A stretch of 40,984 nt of DNA from Octopus bimaculoides. Lineage: Eukaryota. Position 1 is the stretch's first letter. The number at the start of each line of letters is the position of its first letter. The notes beneath the pieces were generated by a model. The model saw nothing but the letters and a program-made list of their open reading frames with translations, searched no databases and was not told the DNA's origin. Below, piece after piece: positions 35,209 to 40,984 of the stretch. The stretch spans positions 23,190,457 to 23,231,440 of the forward strand of contig NC_068998.1 in assembly GCF_001194135.2 (NCBI RefSeq). Direction: 5' to 3'. The position numbers and the translations under genes are program-made.

Positions 35209-36570
35209 CAATAATATGTTTCAAAGCACATAGAATTTTCTATTTATATTTTATTAATTTTTCCCATTCAAAGCTTTAAATAAAGAAGAATTACGAGAAG
35301 CGAAAATTCCAAAGGTTTTAATATAAAGGCAGGAATGAAATTTCTTTGTTTTCCTTGAATAAATGATTGTCATGAGATATTTAAGTAACCGTGTGAAAAA
35401 ATATTTTGAGGTGTTTCAGGAATATTAAAATACTTCCTAACGTGTTCCTTCCGTTATTTAATAGAACTGCAAAAGCTCACGCTGACACACATCAAGAAAA
35501 AGTCATGAACGACAAATAACTACGAAATATATTCAATTCTCAATACGCCTTCATCAAATCCAGATTAGGTAAGAGTGGTATTAAAGGAAATATGTAAGAA
35601 CGTCAGTCTTACTGCGTATAAAATGTGCTGGAATACACAGAATATATGACCAAAAGAACATGAATTTGAACACACGCAGGCACACTTAAAATACACACTA
35701 CACACATGCACACATATGTACGCATACACATACACACAAAAACACACGCACATACACATATACAGAAAGAAATTTACTTAATATAAAACATGGATACGTC
35801 TTAGCTTTCTCTTTGTGATAATCCCTTCTATTAGTCTTTCTCATTTTGCCTTTGATTATTGTTCTGTACTCTCCTACTCTGATACTGTAGATTACAGTTA
35901 CTTTCAAAATTTGCTATGGAGCACTACTCATTAAATTTTAATCCATCAAACTGATAAGTCTTAAATTCTAGTTGGAGTGAAGTACGCTTTCCGGTAGAAG
36001 TTGTATGTAAGAGTTTTCTTGGAACGTGGCTGAGATGCTGGCTACTATCAATCAGCATAATCAAGTATCAGTAACCAATCGCCATCTTGGGGGAGATCCA
36101 CTGAACTGTAATGTGTGATGATTGCTAATTATTCGGTCCTTGCATTAATTCATATATTTCATACTAAAAGAAGACAATCTTGACACAAAGCCTCATTATC
36201 ACTGCAGTATGGGCATATATTTTTAAATTCAAACAATATATGTTTACCGAAAAGTATTTAAGGAAATGGATTGTTTACATTATGGAAGACCGAATGTTTT
36301 AAATTATCTATCTCTTTTTCAATCTTAAGAAAGAGATTCAGTCCATCCATGTAAAGCAAATGGTTAATATTTCCATTACTATTTCTGAAATGATACCATG
36401 CCTCTGCCTTCCTCAATACTTAACTAAGGGGGAACAAACATAAGTCAAATATTAAAGGGGACAACGGGTACCCTTGGAAAATTCCTCTTTTGATATTAAC
36501 TTTCCTTAAAAGCGTGTCACCTGAAGAGATATCTACTTTCCATTTCTTCATGCTACAGCTAATTCCTTCT

Positions 36571-36579
36571 CTTCTTCTT

Positions 36580-36677
<98 letters not shown>
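36571..36677. repeat. Compound (CTT)n-(TTA)n microsatellite at the 3' end of the R4-like element
   Basis: Direct reading. Confidence 0.97.
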
Positions 36678-36678
<1 letters not shown>

Positions 36679-37345
36679 TTAATTCAGTAGTCTTATTTTA
36701 ACTACATGATTTCACTGCCCTTTCATTACCGAGCGAAGATGTCTGTCTTCGGTATGTGCTGTAGTTTCTTGTGATGCTCTAATTTTTGCTGTATTGAAAG
36801 TGTTTTACGTAGGATGTGCGTCATGCCTAGTAGTGCTATTTTCTGTATGGTATATATACTTATTAGTCCTGGTGTTTTTGTAATATATTCGTCCGAATAT
36901 CATTTTATCATACCTAACGCGCCTACTATGATTGAAATTGTTTCTATATTTAGACTCCACACTCGAGTTACCTCTATTTCCAGGTCTTTGTATTTTGAAG
37001 GTTTTTCCGTTTCTTCTCGAGAAACATTGTCATCTGTTGGTATTGATACATCGATTAGAAACATCTGCATCTTGGTGATCTCCGACAACAATATCCGGCT
37101 CATTGGCTTCATTTCTCTTTCTGTGTGTATTGGCATATCCACAGTATCGGTGCTTTTTCATTCTCTGTGACTTTTTCTACGGTGTGCCTATACCATTATT
37201 TTTGTGTTGTCATTCCACAGGGCTGGCATAGCTGCCAGTGTATATAGGCCCCAAATCTGTCGTGTCTGTGAATACATTCCTTCTTAGCCAGGACTGGGCA
37301 GCTAGGGACAATATAATGTATTGTCTCTTCTCCCTCTCGACATAG
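36678..37345 (-). mobile_element. 5'-truncated R4/Dong-like non-LTR retrotransposon (CCHC knuckle + restriction-like endonuclease + 3' UTR)
   Basis: LCREGEETIHYIVPSCPVLAKKECIHRHDRFGAYIHWQLC..WYRHTVEKVTENEKAPILW / DMPIHTERE..FLIDVSIPTDDNV..EKPSKYKDLEIEVTRVW..IIVGALGMIK / IQKIALLGMTHILRKTLSIQ. Confidence 0.88.
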
Positions 37346-38193
37346 TGCAGCACACACTCCTGAGGAAAGAGGCCTTGAAGGAATGTGTGGAAGATATAGA
37401 AATATATGTGTTTGTATGTTAATATATATATCACCTAGGCCTATGGCTAAAACCAGTCAAAGATAAAAGATAATATATATATATATATAAATTTGAAGAG
37501 TGACCGTGATACTTAAACTCACATCTATAAACATGAGAAGCTTTCTACTATTAGAACAAACAAATATTTAGAAATTCACGAGACAACCTAGACATTTTGT
37601 ATGTTGTTGACATCATAAGGCTCATAAAATTTGCAGAGTATATGAAATAATTCTTTCAAGGAATTGGTTGTCGAAGTACATATAAAAGTATAGATAATAA
37701 CATGTAAATATTGAGTTGAAAATCATTTTCGAGTAGAGAAAGTCGAAGGCTGCCTATTGGACAGAGACCTGTTTTCCCTATAGACATGATAGGTTCTTTA
37801 ACATTGTATCTTTGCATTTATCTGACCGTAAAACTTTTTGAACACAATACTTACATGTTATTATTTATATATATATACCTACTTGGAGAACAGTTTCCAA
37901 GAAGTAATCATTCCACATTCTTTAGAAAGTTATAACCTTTTATGACATCAACAAAAAGACACATGAGCAAGACAATCGATTACGTGTAGCAGAAAACAGA
38001 AACGCCATGAAGATCGGAAGGAGCAGAAACATACTGTGTAAACTAGGATATTGTTGGGACGGTCTGTAAGGATGTCTAGGGTTTGGCAATCAAAGCATCA
38101 AAAAGCGGAAATACACCAATACCAGGTGTAAGGGAATGTTCATAGTACAAAGAATCCATGATTCAATAGACGAGGATCGCTGAGTGAAGGCTG

Positions 38194-39462
38194 TACGAGA
38201 AATGTTCATTAAAGAGTTCCCTTGACACACTTTCCAAGATGGTGATACACGAAACTTGGCATAATGTCAGCCCTTCTCTACATAGTCACCACCAATGGTG
38301 ACACACTTCTCCCATCGCTTCATGCAGCTCTGAAGACTTCATCTGTAGAAGTCGGCAGGTTGCGTCTGGAGCCAAGACATTATCTCAGAAATAAGGTTAT
38401 CATCCAAAAAGTACTTCCACTTCAAACAGGGCTGCATGTTTGGGAAGAGGCGCAAGTCATATTTCGCGAGATCGGAGTGTAAGGGGGATGAGTAAGGATT
38501 CCATAGCCGCAAGATTGTGCTTTCATCTGGGCAACATGCATAATGTGAACTTGGGCATTGTTTTTGGAGGAGGCTAATTCTTTTGGTCAGCATTACACGC
38601 CTCTCTGATTGCATGGCGTCCCGTAATTTCTGCAGCAGAGAAGCATAAGAAGTTAATTGTGGTGCACTTTTCCAGGAAATCCATCGTTAATACAACGTAC
38701 TGGTGTTAGAAAACTGTGATCATCACCTTTCCTGCTGAGTGTTGGACATGAGCCTTCTTCGTGGGTGGTGCGTTCTCATGCTTCCATTGCTTCGACTGGA
38801 CTTTAGTCTTAGGATCATACTGATGGACACTTGTTTCATCCTGTGTGATAAGGCTACTGAAAAAGTCCTCGTTTTCTTGGCACATTACGAAAAGAGCCTA
38901 GGGGTAATTGACTCGCCTCTGTCTCTGAAAAGGTGTGAGAAACGGGGGAAAAACCATTGTGCAGACAACTTCCACATGTTCAAATAGCCATGAATGATTT
39001 TTTTTTCCGCGAGGACTACATTTATCTTCCCTTCTTGGGCTAGTTGCCGAATAGTTAGGAGGCGATCCTCCAAAATGGCAGCATCCACTTTATGGATGGT
39101 GTCTTCATCAATGGCAGAATGTGGTTATCCAGGAATAGGAGCAGTTTCCACCGATGTCCGACCACATTTGAATACGTCGAATGATGATTCATCGTCACTA
39201 TAAAGTTCTTTCATATCATCGAAAGTCTATTTTGGTGTACAACCTTTCAAGTATAAGAAACTGATCACTGATCTGCATTCAACAGCCTCCATTATAACGC
39301 CTTAGTACACTTCAGAAGCCGTAAAAGACAAATGTATACTAGTGGAGTGCTGAAATTTACAATGTGGCATGTAGAGACCTATAAAACTTTAGCTGTACAA
39401 GTTCCATTTACTGCAATAACCAGAAATGAGTCAGGGGAAACCTTAAATGAGTACCTCTCGTA
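38194..39462 (-). mobile_element. Full-length (1269 bp) decayed mariner element
   Basis: TIRs TACGAGAAATGTTCATTAAAGAGTTCCCTTGAC (38194..) and TACGAGAGGTACTCATTTAAGGTTTCCCCTGAC (..39462, reverse complement), each starting with TA. Confidence 0.93.
38267..39292 (-). pseudogene. Mariner transposase pseudogene (~341 codons)
   Basis: MEAVECRSVISFLYLKG..FKCGRTSVETAP..ILEDRLLTIRQLAQE..LITQDETSVHQYDPKTKVQSKQW..AGKVMITVF*..DLAKYDLRLFPNM..RWEKCVTIGGDYVEKG*. Several stops and frameshifts. Confidence 0.92.
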
Positions 39463-40984
39463 GGCTTATCAACAGAGGCCTAATAGATATATACCAGGAG
39501 CAGGCAGTCGAGCCTCCACTAACCTGCAAGGAACTCTGTAGCACTCTCTGGAGTATTATATAGGCTTTATGTCAATGTAGACGGGTCCAAAAGTGATGTG
39601 TCTAGCTCTATTTCATGTCAAGCATTACTAGATCGAAATATTTATATACTTGGATAATTAACTGCTGTATACTTAAATACAATGCTGCAATGCATTCCCA
39701 TTTAGTTCAAAATATTTCAAAGTAGTTTCGCATTAATTGCTCATTAAATGTTTCGTAGATACGACGTTGCACTAGTATTCTATCATTTAGACCTTTCCTG
39801 CAATGTCATGTTTCAAATGAAACTACCTGTGTGATGTACGGTCTCATAGAGTCTGTGATATACCCATTCTGATAAAAATATTAGACATGCCAGGGATACC
39901 GTACATATTTGTTCAAAATGTTTCTCAAGCCTACCAGAAGAAAATCCTCATTGGATTTTTAGATGATGTAGTCGAAGTTAAATTATACAGTAATTAACAA
40001 ACTAACACGAACAAAAATCCTTTGATCACAAGTCACGTGGGCGAAGGCGTAGTTCTCTAACCAATGTACTCTCGTTTGATAAACATTCATTGCATACATA
40101 AGAATAACACTACATACTGCATTTCAGATATATATCTCTTTGATATACAAGAATTAGCTGGCAACGTTAGCGTTAATTAGACTAGAACTGATGATTTCTT
40201 TCTTCGGTGATTTTGCAGGTTAATTAGTCTTGTATTGCTATAAAACTGAGCCAAATACATTTGATATTTAAGCAATAAATTAATGATATATGATTAATTG
40301 TTTTAAATGTTTATTGTGTGAGATACGTCTCAGACCATTTTCATCTGTCTCGCATCATAATAATTTCCTCAAAGCGTCTGTATATCTTTTTAGTATTGAC
40401 CCCCGACTGAGTGTTGAATTTCAATATAATTGGATTCATCTTATACAGCTTATCCGCCTTTGTTAAAACCAATTACTAGATGTTCCCCTTTGCGATTTGA
40501 CACAGATTAAATTAAAAGTATCTAGAAACAAAGAAAATTTTACGTTTGCATTAAATATAAAAAGAGGGAAGTTAAAGAACCGAAAAACTAAAACGATAAA
40601 AATTGAACGCTGAAGAAAAACATATAAGTGGAAATAATATAATTCAAACGAAAAAAAAATATAATGGTAGCCATTACTAAGAATTTAATATATATGTATC
40701 ACAAAATAACTGACAGCAGTTATCCTATATTTATCCTATATCAATGGTATTTACAAGAGACAAATAAAAGTAAAACTAAAAGTATAAATAAGATAGAAAG
40801 AACGGGAAAAATAATTTAATAAGCGAATATGAAACTCTCTGTCTAATATTTCACACACCTCGATGATTTGTTCTATTATTTATATGTCAGATTAAATCAA
40901 ATAATCGTAAATAAACAAAACACACAAGCAACATATATATGCACATGTATGTTCAGTTGATATATATATATATATATATATATA

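Noticed and set aside
71-35279. Long ORFs rich in Y/I, H/T, C/V, poly-L or X
   Set aside because: They are translations of microsatellites or N gaps.
38083-38097. 15-mer TTGGCAATCAAAGCA also present inverted near 4951-4965
   Set aside because: The match does not extend on either side; likely chance.

Overview
This is AT-rich, microsatellite-dense eukaryotic DNA with nine N-gaps. The repeat families look like those of an octopod cephalopod such as Octopus; that assignment is from my recall of the SINE and MITE sequences, not a database search. I found no intact, recognisable protein-coding gene, rRNA, tRNA or CRISPR array. Almost all ORFs in the supplied track are microsatellite or gap artefacts, or fragments of dead transposons. 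The window is mainly a transposon graveyard. Retroelements: the 3' part of a Ty3/Gypsy element (integrase, PPT, LTR), RTE-type LINE fragments, an R4/Dong-like element (CCHC + RLE) ending at a (TAA)n tract, a Penelope-like GIY-YIG fragment, and three tRNA-derived SINEs plus SINE fragments. DNA transposons: three mariner copies (one full length), one Tc1/Tc3-like copy and several MITEs. The most unusual structures are a near-canonical minimal hammerhead ribozyme motif at 3338-3380, a fold-back element with telomere-like (CCCTAA)n in its spacer, a multi-step templated insertion inside a mariner, a 56-bp direct repeat bracketing 3.2 kb, and a ~30-bp TSD. I cannot support a claim of a new biological system; the findings are leads.
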